Shown piece after piece: positions 47,583 through 57,343 of a DNA stretch of 59,324 nucleotides (the first letter of the stretch is position 1; each line of letters begins with the position of its first letter). The notes beneath the pieces are model-generated. The model was not told the DNA's origin, made no database searches, and saw nothing but the letters and a program-made list of their open reading frames with translations. The stretch comes from Pedococcus sp. (GTDB taxonomy: Bacteria > Actinomycetota > Actinomycetes > Actinomycetales > Dermatophilaceae). A program made the translations under genes and the position numbers. The DNA lies in the NCBI GenBank assembly GCA_036278335.1, contig DASULG010000350.1, positions 1-59,324 of the forward strand, read 5' to 3'.

Positions 47583-48095
47583 ATGACTCCTGGCGAGCTC
47601 CTGACGGACTGCTTCAACCGCGTTCACGAGAGCGCCAGGGAGGTGGTGGACGGCCTCGGTCCTGACCAGCTGGCCGAACGCCCGACGCCGACGTCCAACT
47701 CGATCGCGTGGCTCGTGTGGCACCTGACCCGGGTGCAGGACGACCACGTCGCCGACGTCGCCGGGCGCGAACAGGTCTGGACGGCCCAGGGCTGGGTGGA
47801 CCGCCTCGGCCTGCCGTTCAAGGCTCGGGACACCGGCTACGGCCACAGCCCGGAGCAGGTGGCGAAGGTGCGGGTCGAGTCGCCAGACCTGCTGATGGGC
47901 TACCTCGACGCCGTCCACGAGCAGACCCTCGCGTTCGTCTCGGGCCTCGGCGCTGACGACCTCGACCGGGTCGTCGACGAGCGGTGGGACCCGCCCGTCA
48001 CCCTCGGCGTCCGGCTGGTCAGCGTCATCAACGACGACCAACAGCACGTCGGCCAGGCCGCGTACGTGCGGGGGCTGCTCGACGGTCAGCGGTAG
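47583..48095 (+). CDS. DinB-superfamily / mycothiol transferase-like protein
   Basis: NSIAWLVWHL, DDH, QQHVGQAAY. Confidence 0.82.
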   Translation: MTPGELLTDCFNRVHESAREVVDGLGPDQLAERPTPTSNSIAWLVWHLTRVQDDHVADVAGREQVWTAQGWVDRLGLPFKARDTGYGHSPEQVAKVRVESPDLLMGYLDAVHEQTLAFVSGLGADDLDRVVDERWDPPVTLGVRLVSVINDDQQHVGQAAYVRGLLDGQR

Positions 48096-48856
48096 CGCTT
48101 GGCGTGCTCCAGGCTCTGGTGCACGTACTGGCCGCCGAAGAGCACTGCATGGATCATCAGCGGGTGCAGCTGGTGGAGGGCCACCCGCTCTGGCCACTGC
48201 GCGTCCAGGCGGTGGTGGGACAGGTAGCCCGAGACCACCCAGTCCAGGTGGGGGCAGCCGAACAGCGCGAGCATCGCCAGGTCGGTCTCGCGGTGCCCGC
48301 CGTGCGCGGCCGGGTCGATGAGGACGCCGCCCTCGCGGGTCCACACCAGGTTGCCCGACCACAGGTCACCGTGGATCCGGGCCGGCGGCGCACCGTCGTC
48401 GAACTCCCCCCGGTCGAGCCGGCGCACGATTGCCTCGACTACCGCAGTATCGGATCGGTGGTAGACACCCCTGTCGACCGCGAGCGCCAGGGTGCCGAGC
48501 ACCTGCTGGGCGTAGCTCGCGCCCCAGCTCTCGGCCGGTCGCAGGCGCAGCGGGAGCGGCTGCGACAGGGGCCCGAGGAAGCCGTCGCCGGCCCACCCCT
48601 CAGGCGGGGACCCGAAGGCCGGTGCCCCGGCGTCGTGGGTGCGCGCCAGCGCGGCGCCGAACGCCTCGGCCATCGGCGGGTCAGGGTTGACGAACGTCAG
48701 GCGCCGCAGGCTGAGATGGTCCTCGGCGACCTCGCGCACCTCGGCGACTGCGGCGCCGCCCGGCGCTGCGCCCAGCCATGCGAGACCGGCTGCCTCCCAG
48801 CGGAAGTAGCCCCGTGGGGCTGTGGCGCTGCCCTTGTGGAAGCTGTCCTCAGCCAT
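48086..48856 (-). CDS. Fructosamine kinase family protein
   Basis: EAAGLAWL, HGDLWSGN, LIDPAAHGGHRETDLAML. Confidence 0.9.
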   Translation of the reverse strand: MAEDSFHKGSATAPRGYFRWEAAGLAWLGAAPGGAAVAEVREVAEDHLSLRRLTFVNPDPPMAEAFGAALARTHDAGAPAFGSPPEGWAGDGFLGPLSQPLPLRLRPAESWGASYAQQVLGTLALAVDRGVYHRSDTAVVEAIVRRLDRGEFDDGAPPARIHGDLWSGNLVWTREGGVLIDPAAHGGHRETDLAMLALFGCPHLDWVVSGYLSHHRLDAQWPERVALHQLHPLMIHAVLFGGQYVHQSLEHAKRYR

Positions 48857-49757
48857 CCGTCCCCAGCCTGTGGTGCAGCCACGCCGGGCTCAGCGCGGGG
48901 TCCGCGAGGTGGGGGCTCGCAACGCAGCCCGCCGCCACCGCGGCGCCGGCCGCCAGCGACCGTGGCCAGTCCCAGCCGCGGCTGCGCCCGAAGGTGACCC
49001 CGGCGCAGAAGGCGTCTCCTGCGCCGTTGGGGTCGACGGCCTGGACCTCCAGTGCCGGGACGAACAGGGGGTCGTGGTCGGGCAGCAGGGCGGTCGCGCC
49101 CCGGCGGCCGTGCGTGACGACGACGATCTCGCGGCCCTGCACGAGGTGGGCGGCAAACCCGACCGGGTCCTCGAGGGCCTCGTCGGAGAGGAAGAGGCAG
49201 CGCGCTGCGTCGACGAACTCACGGTGGAAGTCGTTCTGGCCGTCCCAGTCGTGGACGTCCGCCCAGACCGGTATGCCGCGCGCTGCGAGGCCGGGCAGGG
49301 CGCGCCTGCTGTAGCTGGCCAGGTTCACCCAGACGTAGTCGGCGCCCGCGGTGAAGGCCGCGAGGTCGTCCTCGGTGACCGCGGGGTCCGCCGAGCCGCC
49401 GTTGACGTAGACGCTGGCGCGCCTGCCGTCCGGGTCCATCAGGTTGACGTGCCGCTCGGTGCCGGCGGGGTCGTGCACCCGGGTCAGCGCGACGCCGGCG
49501 CTGGTGAGCTCGGCGGCAGCACGCTCGCCCTCGGGGTCGTCCCCGACCAGGGCGTGCAGCCGTGTGTCGAGGCCGAGGCGGGCCAGGTTCAGGGCCTTTC
49601 CGGAGCCGGTGGCGCCGATCCCCTCCCTGGATGCCGTGGCGAAGAGCGTCTCGGTGCGCCCGATCGGCAGGCGGGGTACGTCGATGACCTGGTTCCAGCT
49701 CACGCCACCGATGACCGCGGCCACCGCTCGTGTTGGTCTCGCAGAAGGGGCGTGCAT
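48849..49757 (-). CDS. PfkB-family carbohydrate kinase
   Basis: GSGKALNLARLG, VTHGRRG, DPNGAGDAF PfkB signature. Confidence 0.88.
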   Translation of the reverse strand: MHAPSARPTRAVAAVIGGVSWNQVIDVPRLPIGRTETLFATASREGIGATGSGKALNLARLGLDTRLHALVGDDPEGERAAAELTSAGVALTRVHDPAGTERHVNLMDPDGRRASVYVNGGSADPAVTEDDLAAFTAGADYVWVNLASYSRRALPGLAARGIPVWADVHDWDGQNDFHREFVDAARCLFLSDEALEDPVGFAAHLVQGREIVVVTHGRRGATALLPDHDPLFVPALEVQAVDPNGAGDAFCAGVTFGRSRGWDWPRSLAAGAAVAAGCVASPHLADPALSPAWLHHRLGTDG

Positions 49758-49900
49758 CCGGACATCCTGCCGCACGGCATACCGGATCTTGGACAACACC
49801 AGACCGGACTCTCGCCACTCGTTTGCCCTGCGGGTGGCAGGTTCTGGGCAGACAACCCAAGACCCGGCCGCAGGCGTCCGCGCCAGCGGTCTGCAGGGGG

Positions 49901-49944
49901 CCAGTGCGCCGCCGTCGTCATCCTCCGCGGCGGCGGCGCACTGG
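49901..49944. other. Long inverted repeat in divergent intergenic region
   Basis: CCAGTGCGCCGCCG ... CGGCGGCGCACTGG perfect 14-bp stem. Confidence 0.6.
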
Positions 49945-50123
49945 AGCTCACGAGGCGCTACTGAGGGGGCTTGCACCCCGCCCCGCTTCCGTCGCCGCGA
50001 GCCGCTTGCCGCTGCAGCGGACGCCCACCCCGGTATGCCGTTCAGCTGCGCAGACGTGATGAACTTGGGTGGGCAGGCATGGCGTGCACCTGCCCAGCAG
50101 GACCTGTGGAGAGGAGCAGCGTC

Positions 50124-50867
50124 ATGGGCGAGTCGCAGCCAGAGACGATCGACACCCCGACGACCCGGCTGATGTCGGTGCTGTCCGGCGTGCTCGGCTC
50201 GATGGAGGACCTCGAGACCTACCTCAACAACCTCGTGTTCGCCGTGATGACCAACATCGACGGCTGCGACGCCGTGGGTGTCACCGTGGTCATGGAGGAC
50301 CGGCCCCGCACGGCCGCCTACACCACGGCCAAGACCCTGGAGATCGACGCCGTGCAGTATGCGGTCGGCGACGGTCCCTGCCTCGACGCGTTCCGCCACG
50401 GGCGCGAGAACCTCGTCGACCTGGGCGGCGCCCTCGAGCGGTGGCCGATGTTCACGGCCTCGGTGCCGATGGACCACGTGCAGACCCTGTTCGCCGTCCC
50501 GCTGGTCAGCGGCACGCGATGCTTCGGTGCGCTGAACCTCTACGGGGAGCAGCGCCACGCCTTCGACCACTCCGACGTCGAGCTGGTGCGGCTGGCGGCC
50601 ACCCGGGCGGCCGACGCGATCGGGGCCGTGGTCGACGTCGAGGGCGCTCGGACGGTGGCGGCCCAGATGGAGCAGGCCATGGCCAGCCGAGCCGTCATCG
50701 AGCAGGCCAAGGGCGTGCTCATGGGACGCCACGGCCTCGACGAGAAGCAGGCGTTCGAGCTGCTGCGCCAGCAGTCCCAGCGGCTGAACGTCAAGCTCCG
50801 CAGCCTCGCTGCCGAGCTGGTCAACGGCGCGTCGTCCAGGCCCAGCGAGGACGAGATGCCTGCCTGA
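50124..50867 (+). CDS. GAF and ANTAR domain protein
   Basis: QYAVGDGPCL, GALNLY (GAF); SRAVIEQAKGVLM...AFELLRQQSQRLNVKL (ANTAR); GAGGAG RBS. Confidence 0.92.
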   Translation: MGESQPETIDTPTTRLMSVLSGVLGSMEDLETYLNNLVFAVMTNIDGCDAVGVTVVMEDRPRTAAYTTAKTLEIDAVQYAVGDGPCLDAFRHGRENLVDLGGALERWPMFTASVPMDHVQTLFAVPLVSGTRCFGALNLYGEQRHAFDHSDVELVRLAATRAADAIGAVVDVEGARTVAAQMEQAMASRAVIEQAKGVLMGRHGLDEKQAFELLRQQSQRLNVKLRSLAAELVNGASSRPSEDEMPA

Positions 50868-51025
50868 GCGGTGCCGTCCAGCGGGTCCGTGCCACGGCCT
50901 CCACCGCGAACTCTGGGGCGAGGACGTGGGCGCTGGATGCGGGGTCGGGGATTCGCGAGTGCCGCAGATCCGCACCCGCGCAGTCTCCACACAGCGCGTT
51001 CCTTGGGTTACGCTCGCAGGACCTG

Positions 51026-51074
51026 AAGCAACCGGGTAGCTGGCCATGTGGCCCAGCCCGGTTGCTTTTTGTTT
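51026..51074 (+). terminator. Intrinsic terminator-like hairpin with U-tract
   Basis: AAGCAACCGGG / CCCGGTTGCTT 11-bp stem, inner GGCCA/TGGCC stem, then TTTGTTT. Confidence 0.7.
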
Positions 51075-51092
51075 GCCCTGAGGAGTCCGCCC

Positions 51093-51611
51093 TTGACTGA
51101 CCACGTGGCCCAGTACGTGCCCGCTGACGATCCTCGCGTGGTGTTCGTCTCGGTCTCGTCAGGCCTCGCCGCGGACTGCGGCTGGGTCGAGGAGACCGCG
51201 CACCTCTACGACGTGGTGCACTGGCACGGCGATGTGCAGGGGCTGACTGTCGATCAGGCACAGGCTCTGGCGGATGCCCTGCGGACGGCCGGCAAACCCT
51301 TGGTCGTCAGCGTTCCCGCTGATGTGCTCGACGCCGCCCTTCCCCCGTTCGGGCTGCCCCGGCTCGGAGATCACGAGCACGTCGATGCCTTCGCCGTCCT
51401 CATCGCAGCGGCTGCTGCTCTGCTCGCAGAGGACGGCGGCTCGGCCGAGGCCGTCTGGAGGGCGTGGGGCCGGAGCTGCCTCGTGGTGGCCGAGGGCGGC
51501 GAGGAGGCGGCTTCGGCCAATCTCTACCGCGCAGTGGTGGCGCAGGAGCCCCTGACCGTCGATGCCCCGCAGCTGTCCTCGGTGGCCCGCGCGACGGGAC
51601 CGCGCGGATGA
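51093..51611 (+). CDS. Hypothetical protein resembling a degenerate glycosyltransferase N-terminal domain
   Basis: WVEETAHLYDVVHWH...LADALRTAGKPLVVSV...VLIAAAAALL pattern; AGGAG RBS before TTG. Confidence 0.5.
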   Translation: MTDHVAQYVPADDPRVVFVSVSSGLAADCGWVEETAHLYDVVHWHGDVQGLTVDQAQALADALRTAGKPLVVSVPADVLDAALPPFGLPRLGDHEHVDAFAVLIAAAAALLAEDGGSAEAVWRAWGRSCLVVAEGGEEAASANLYRAVVAQEPLTVDAPQLSSVARATGPRG

Positions 51612-52384
51612 GGCCCGCCCACACCGAGCCCTGTCGCTCCTGCCGCCGGCGGACAGCGGGACCTGTCGACCACGACCTGCGCGGACGGTGCTTGCACGAG
51701 CACTGGAGGACGGGCGGCGTCCAGGGGCGGGCCGCACACGGCCGCGCCCGGGACCGCTGCGCCGGCACCATCGACCGTCCCCTGCTCGTGTACCTGTTCG
51801 ACCCGTACTGCCCCTGGTCCTACGGGTACCTGCCGGCCCTGACCCACCTGCTGGACGTGGTTCGCGACGAGGCAGACGTCGAGGTGGTCACCATCGGGCT
51901 GCACGACGGGACGCGGATCGACCAGGCACCGGCGCCGATGCGGGCGGTGCAGCGCGCCACCGGGGTCGGGTTCGGCCCCGGGTACCGACGGGCTCTGGCG
52001 GAGGGCGAGATGCAGCTGCGCTCCCGGGACGCTGCTGCGGCCGTGATCGGGATGACCGCGGCCGACCCGGGGCGCGTCCCGGACGTCCTGTGGGCCGTGC
52101 ACCGGGCCTTCTTCTGGGCAGGCCGCAGTCTCTCCGACGGCCCCACCGTCGCCCAGACAGCGCAGCGACTCGGGCTCGACGGTGCCGCGATCGAGGTCTT
52201 CGCGTCCTCGCCGCGCGCGGCGCAGATGGCCGAGGAGGACTTCCACCTGGCGCGCGACCTCGGCGCTCGCCGGGGGCCGACGCTGCTCGTGAGCCACGGC
52301 GACCGGCTCTGCGAGCTCGAAGGACCCGGGACCAGCGGCCAGCACCTGGTCGAGCAGTTCAGGGGTGTGCTGGCCAGGCCGTAG
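51608..52384 (+). CDS. DsbA/thioredoxin-fold protein (CxxS variant)
   Basis: YLFDPYCPWSYG, AFF, DF..AR.LG, GPTLL; ATGA overlap; true start may be further downstream. Confidence 0.7.
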   Translation: MRPAHTEPCRSCRRRTAGPVDHDLRGRCLHEHWRTGGVQGRAAHGRARDRCAGTIDRPLLVYLFDPYCPWSYGYLPALTHLLDVVRDEADVEVVTIGLHDGTRIDQAPAPMRAVQRATGVGFGPGYRRALAEGEMQLRSRDAAAAVIGMTAADPGRVPDVLWAVHRAFFWAGRSLSDGPTVAQTAQRLGLDGAAIEVFASSPRAAQMAEEDFHLARDLGARRGPTLLVSHGDRLCELEGPGTSGQHLVEQFRGVLARP

Positions 52385-52394
52385 GGTTCTGGCC

Positions 52395-53453
52395 ATGGCG
52401 AGACCCCACGCTGCATCGATCGTCGAGGACGCATGGCACCGGCAGGTCAACACGGTGCTGCGCAGCCGTGGGTGGCGCACCCGCCTCGTCAGCCACACCG
52501 GCTACGGGTCGGAGCGGTTCGTGCGGGTGCTCGGCCGGGTCCTGCTCACCCGTCAGCCCGAGACCCACCCCGGCGCCGACGCGGAGACCCCGATGCGCGA
52601 GCTGCGCGCGGCGGAGGACGAGCAGCGCGGATGGCGGGCGTTCATCACGGCGCCGGCGATGAACGTCCCGGTCACGATCGCCGTGGGCGGCCACACGATC
52701 AGGTCCCGCAGCGACCGCAGCGGCTACATCGACGTGTCGGTGAAGGACCACGGCCTGCCTCCCGGCTGGCACGACGTGACGATCAGCTCGCCCGACGCCG
52801 AGGACGTCAAGGCAGCCGTGCAGGTCATCGGTGGCGATGAGACCTTCGGCATCATCAGCGACATCGACGACACGGTCATCAGTACCTCGCTGCCCCGCCC
52901 CTTCATCGCCGCCTGGAACACCTTCGTGCGCACCGAGAGCGCGCGCCACGTCGTGCCCGGTATGGCGACGATGTACCGCGAGCTGCTCGACGAGCACCCG
53001 GGCGCGCCCATCGTGTACGTCTCCACCGGGGCCTGGAACACCTCAGCGCACCTGAACCGCTTCCTCAAGAAGCACGGCTACCCTCTCGGGCCGCTCCTGC
53101 TCACGGACTGGGGGCCGACGAACTCCGGGTGGTTCCGCTCCGGACAGGAGCACAAGCGGTCCTGCCTGCACCGGCTGGCCAACGAGTTCCCCAACATCCG
53201 GTGGCTGCTCGTCGGCGACGACGGCCAGCACGACCCGAAGATCTACGGCGACTTCGCCGAGGACCGCCCGGACCGGGTCGAGGCCATCGCGATCCGCGAG
53301 CTCACTCCCACCGAGCAGGTCCTCTCCCACGGCCTGCCGGTCTCCAACGAGGAGCTCGCGCCCCCGCGCCGCCACCGCCGTGACGTCCCGGTGTTCCGCG
53401 CCCCCGACGGCTACGGGTTGTTGCGCATTCTCCGGGTCGCGCTCCAGCACTGA
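52395..53453 (+). CDS. App1-family phosphatidate phosphatase (DUF2183)
   Basis: ISDIDDTV, YVSTG, LVGDDGQHDP HAD-like motifs. Confidence 0.88.
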   Translation: MARPHAASIVEDAWHRQVNTVLRSRGWRTRLVSHTGYGSERFVRVLGRVLLTRQPETHPGADAETPMRELRAAEDEQRGWRAFITAPAMNVPVTIAVGGHTIRSRSDRSGYIDVSVKDHGLPPGWHDVTISSPDAEDVKAAVQVIGGDETFGIISDIDDTVISTSLPRPFIAAWNTFVRTESARHVVPGMATMYRELLDEHPGAPIVYVSTGAWNTSAHLNRFLKKHGYPLGPLLLTDWGPTNSGWFRSGQEHKRSCLHRLANEFPNIRWLLVGDDGQHDPKIYGDFAEDRPDRVEAIAIRELTPTEQVLSHGLPVSNEELAPPRRHRRDVPVFRAPDGYGLLRILRVALQH

Positions 53454-53525
53454 CGTCCAGGCCGGTCTGGCCCGGGCTTTCGCCGCTCGCCTCGCGCCGG
53501 CGCCTGCTCCGGGCAGAATGGCGTC

Positions 53526-54386
53526 ATGCCGGAGCTACCCGAGGTGCAGGCGCTCGTCGACTTCCTGGCCGCCCGCACCGACGGGCTGGCGGTCACCGGG
53601 GTCGAGCTCGGGTCGATCTCGGTGCTGAAGACCTTCAACCCGCCGCCGCAGGCTCTCGCGGGCCTGCCGGTCGACGCCGTGGCGCGGCACGGGAAGTTCA
53701 TCGACCTCGACTGCGACGGCACGCACCTCGTCTTCCACCTCGCCCGGGCGGGGTGGCTGCGCTGGAGCGACGCCATGCCGCCCACGATGCTGCGACCCGG
53801 CAAGTCCCCCATCGCACTGCGCGTCCGGTTCTCCGACGACTCCGGGTTCGACCTCACGGAGGCCGGCACGAAGAAGCGCCTCGCGGCATACATCGTCTCC
53901 GACCCCCACGAGGTGCCGGGCATCGCCTCCCTGGGCCCGGACCCGCTCGCGCCGGAGTTCACCCGCGAGGTGTTTGCCGGGCTCCTCCACGAGCGCCGGT
54001 CGCAGATCAAGGGCCTGCTGCGGGACCAGTCGGTGATCGCGGGGGTGGGCAACGCCTACTCCGACGAGATCCTGCACGTCGCGAAGATGTCGCCGTTCGC
54101 GATCGCGGCCTCCCTGGACGACGCCGCCGTGGACCGGCTGTATGCCGCGCTGCGGGAGACACTGGCGGCTGCGGTCCTCGCGGCGTCCGGAAAGCCCGCG
54201 AAGGAGCTCAAGGATGCGAAGCGGGCGGGGATGCGGGTGCACGGTCGTACGGGCCAGACCTGTCCGGAGTGTGGGGACACCGTGCGGGAGGTCTCGTTCG
54301 CGGACTCCTCCCTGCAGTACTGCGCGACCTGCCAGACCGGGGGCAAGCCGCTGGCCGACCGCCGGATGTCGCGGCTCCTGAAGTAG
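53526..54386 (+). CDS. Fpg/Nei family DNA glycosylase
   Basis: PELPEV N-terminus, GKF, H2TH GVGNAYSDEIL, Zn finger CPEC...CATC. Confidence 0.93.
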   Translation: MPELPEVQALVDFLAARTDGLAVTGVELGSISVLKTFNPPPQALAGLPVDAVARHGKFIDLDCDGTHLVFHLARAGWLRWSDAMPPTMLRPGKSPIALRVRFSDDSGFDLTEAGTKKRLAAYIVSDPHEVPGIASLGPDPLAPEFTREVFAGLLHERRSQIKGLLRDQSVIAGVGNAYSDEILHVAKMSPFAIAASLDDAAVDRLYAALRETLAAAVLAASGKPAKELKDAKRAGMRVHGRTGQTCPECGDTVREVSFADSSLQYCATCQTGGKPLADRRMSRLLK

Positions 54387-54497
54387 CAGCAGCCCCGACT
54401 CGCTCGGGTCAGGGCTCAGCCACGGCGGTCCGCGAGGACGGGTGGGTGGCATGGCCGTCCGCGCACGACCCCGGGTGCGGAGATCTACGCTGCTGGC

Positions 54498-55046
54498 GTG
54501 ACGTTCGCAGATGACGCCTCGTGGACCTGCACCACCTGCGGCCGGGCGCACAGCGGGCTGGCGACGGTCTTCGGCTCGGACGCGCCCCACGACTGGCACG
54601 TGGCGACCGCGGCCCAGCGAGACGAGGGTGAGCTGACCGACGACGTCTGCTTCCTCCCGGACGCAGACCCGGCGCTGGGCACGCACTTCTTCCTCCGGGG
54701 CCACATTCAGCTTCCGTTGCTCGAGCCGCTCGGGGCAGAGGAGACCTTCACGTGGTCGGTCTGGGTCTCGCTGAGCATCGAGAGCCTGGAGCACGTGTTC
54801 GAGCACTGGGACGACCCGGACCGGGCGCAGCTGCTCCCCCCGATGTTCGGGTGGCTGCGCAGCGACCTGCCGTACGAGCCCTCGACGCTGGACCTGCGCA
54901 CCCAGGTGCACACCCGGCCCCCTGGGCTCGTCCCGTTGGTGGAGGTCGAGCCCACCGGACACCCGCTGGCGCAGGAGCAGGCAGCGGGAATCTCGGTGCA
55001 CCGGGTCGCCGAGCTCAACCGAGCCCTCCTCGGCGAGCTCCACTGA
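54498..55046 (+). CDS. DUF2199-like protein
   Basis: CTTCGRAH, FFLRG, WSVWVSLS, FGWL, HPLAQEQ..GIS. Confidence 0.75.
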   Translation: MTFADDASWTCTTCGRAHSGLATVFGSDAPHDWHVATAAQRDEGELTDDVCFLPDADPALGTHFFLRGHIQLPLLEPLGAEETFTWSVWVSLSIESLEHVFEHWDDPDRAQLLPPMFGWLRSDLPYEPSTLDLRTQVHTRPPGLVPLVEVEPTGHPLAQEQAAGISVHRVAELNRALLGELH

Positions 55047-55089
55047 CGCGCCTCTGCAGGGGGACGCGGGGCATGTGAGGATGGCCGGC

Positions 55090-55419
55090 ATGAGCGAGAT
55101 CCCCCAGGTCCAGAACTCCGACGTGTCGGACCACGCCGTCATCCTCGACGTCCGCGAGAAGGACGAGTGGGAGGCGGGCCATGCCCCCGGCGCCGTGCAC
55201 ATCCCCCTCGCCGAGCTGCCGTCGCGCGTCCACGAGCTGCCCGACACCGACGACGGCACCCTCGCCGTGACCTGCCGCGGCGGCGGCCGCTCCTCGCGCG
55301 CGGTCGCCTGGCTGAGCCAGCAGGGGTTCGACGTTGCCAACCTCGAGGGCGGCATGAAGGGCTGGCACGCGGCGGGCAAGAGCCTCGTGGCCGGCGACGG
55401 GGAGCCCCGGGTCATCTGA
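55090..55419 (+). CDS. Single-domain rhodanese
   Basis: LDVREKDEWEAGHAPGA, CRGGGRS, NLEGGM..W. Confidence 0.9.
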   Translation: MSEIPQVQNSDVSDHAVILDVREKDEWEAGHAPGAVHIPLAELPSRVHELPDTDDGTLAVTCRGGGRSSRAVAWLSQQGFDVANLEGGMKGWHAAGKSLVAGDGEPRVI

Positions 55420-55456
55420 GCGGCCGATTGTCGGCCTCATCACTACGCTGACGGTC

Positions 55457-55978
55457 ATGGCGTGGTTCAAGAGGGATCGAGACCGGTCGGAGGACGACGC
55501 GTCGTCTGCGCCCGCGCAGACCGCGGACAGCGGGCCCCTCGTCTCTGATCCCGAGGCGCCCCTGCGCCCTGTCGAGGCGGCGCTCGGAGAGGCGGAACGG
55601 GCCCGCATCGCCACAGCGCTGAGCGAGCTCAGTGAGGCCGGCGTCGACGTGGACGACCTGCACTCGCTCGGCAAGGGGCTCGACGAGGCCTTCGCCGCCT
55701 GGGAGGCCCTGCCCGAGAGCCAGCGCGAGGGCCACGAGCAGATCGTCGAGCGCTTCGCACTGGGGATCGGCGAGCACCTCCATCGACACACCGACCTGCG
55801 GTGGGCCGTGGTGACCGATGCCTTCGGCACCGACCTTGCGGTGTCTGGCTCGGGCCGCAAGGAGTTCGTCGTCGTGCCGACCAACCTCGTGGCCGTGCGG
55901 TGGCTGGGCCGTGAGCGCGGCTGGGTTCCGGGAGTGGTCGGGCACATCGTCCACCTCCGCGCTGACCGCTACAGCTGA
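55457..55978 (+). CDS. DUF3806-like hypothetical protein
   Basis: GIGEHL...LRWAVVTDAFGTDLAV...PTNLVAVRW pattern; TACGCT 7 nt upstream. Confidence 0.65.
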   Translation: MAWFKRDRDRSEDDASSAPAQTADSGPLVSDPEAPLRPVEAALGEAERARIATALSELSEAGVDVDDLHSLGKGLDEAFAAWEALPESQREGHEQIVERFALGIGEHLHRHTDLRWAVVTDAFGTDLAVSGSGRKEFVVVPTNLVAVRWLGRERGWVPGVVGHIVHLRADRYS

Positions 55979-56090
55979 CCCCACGAGGCGTCGCCGCGCG
56001 CTCGCAGCCGGCCACCCGGCATACCGCGACACGATCGGGCCGTATCGGGAAATCTCAGGGATGCGCTAGAGACGCCCATACGCTGCGATC

Positions 56091-57305
56091 GTGGACCCGA
56101 TTCGCAACCCCTACGCCCCCGGCGCCGGTCAGCGCCCGCCCGAGCTGGCCGGCCGAGACGAGCAGCTGCACGCCTTCGACGTCGTGCTGGAGCGGATCGC
56201 CCGGGGCCGGCCGGAGCGCTCCATCGTGCTGACCGGGCTGCGCGGTGTCGGCAAGACGGTGCTGCTGAACGCGCTGCGGTCCTCGGCCGTCCGCGCCCAC
56301 TGGGGCACCGGCAAGCTCGAGGCGCGGCCCGACCAGGGGCTGCGCCGCCCGCTGTCCGCCGCGCTGCACGTCGCCGTGCGCGAGCTCGGACACCCGCAGG
56401 GCGACGACGTGGACCACGTGCTGGGGGTGATCAAGGCGTTCGCCCAGCGCGACGCCGCCCCGAACGCCAAGCTCCGCGAGCGGTGGAACCCCGGGATCGA
56501 CGCGCCTGCCGTGACCGGTCGCGCCGACTCCGGTGACATCGAGATCGACCTGGTGGAGCTGCTCACCGACGTCGGCGGCCTCGCGGCGGACGTCGGCAAG
56601 GGCGTGGCCATCTTCATCGACGAGATGCAGGACCTCGGGCCGGACGACGTCTCGGCCGTCTGCGCCGCCTGTCACGAGATCAGCCAGTCGGGGCTGCCCG
56701 TCATCGTCGTGGGGGCCGGCCTGCCGCACCTGCCCGCTGTGTTGTCCGCCAGCAAGTCGTACAGCGAGCGGCTGTTCAAGTACCAGCGCATCGACCGCCT
56801 CGACCGCGCGGCCGCCGACCGTGCCCTGAGCGCCCCGGCGAAGGAGGAGGACGCCGAGTTCACGCCAGAGGCGCTCGAGGCCCTGTATGCCGCGACCGCT
56901 GGGTACCCGTTCTTCGTCCAGGCGTACGGGAAGGTGGCCTGGGACGTGGCGCCGCAGAGCCCCATCGCCGTCGAGGACGTCAGGGTCGCCGCACCGGAGG
57001 CCGAGGCGGAGCTCGCCGTGGGCTTCTTCGGCTCGCGCTACGAGCGGGCGACGCCTGCTGAGCGGGAGTACCTGCGCGCCATGGCGGATGCCGCGGTCCA
57101 GCTCGCGGAGTCCGGCGACGAGCACGTCGACGAGACGGAGTCGGTGCCGACGGCCTCGGTCGCCTCCGTGCTCGACCGCAAGCCGCAGTCGCTGTCCCCC
57201 GCCAGGGACGCCCTGCTCAAGAAGGGCCTCATCTACTCCGGGGAACGGGGGCGGATCGCGTTCACCGTGCCCCACTTCGGCAGGTACCTGCGGGCCAGCG
57301 GCTGA
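56091..57305 (+). CDS. AAA-family ATPase with C-terminal wHTH
   Basis: NPYAPGAG, Walker A GLRGVGKT, Walker B IFIDE, GYPFFVQ, RDALLKKGLIY. Confidence 0.88.
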   Translation: MDPIRNPYAPGAGQRPPELAGRDEQLHAFDVVLERIARGRPERSIVLTGLRGVGKTVLLNALRSSAVRAHWGTGKLEARPDQGLRRPLSAALHVAVRELGHPQGDDVDHVLGVIKAFAQRDAAPNAKLRERWNPGIDAPAVTGRADSGDIEIDLVELLTDVGGLAADVGKGVAIFIDEMQDLGPDDVSAVCAACHEISQSGLPVIVVGAGLPHLPAVLSASKSYSERLFKYQRIDRLDRAAADRALSAPAKEEDAEFTPEALEALYAATAGYPFFVQAYGKVAWDVAPQSPIAVEDVRVAAPEAEAELAVGFFGSRYERATPAEREYLRAMADAAVQLAESGDEHVDETESVPTASVASVLDRKPQSLSPARDALLKKGLIYSGERGRIAFTVPHFGRYLRASG

Positions 57306-57343
57306 GCGCGCACTCGCCAAGGCCCGGTTGCTACGGTCGGAGC

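Noticed and set aside
48849-51104. 751-aa fusion ORF ending in a PfkB domain
   Set aside because: The N-terminal part is the antisense of the GAF-ANTAR gene; the real start is near 49757
635-55415. Many long alternative-frame and antisense ORFs (e.g. 11920-14178, 15309-17450, 31083-33380, 46398-48362, 53535-55415)
   Set aside because: Shadow ORFs expected at high GC; they overlap motif-supported genes and lack family motifs
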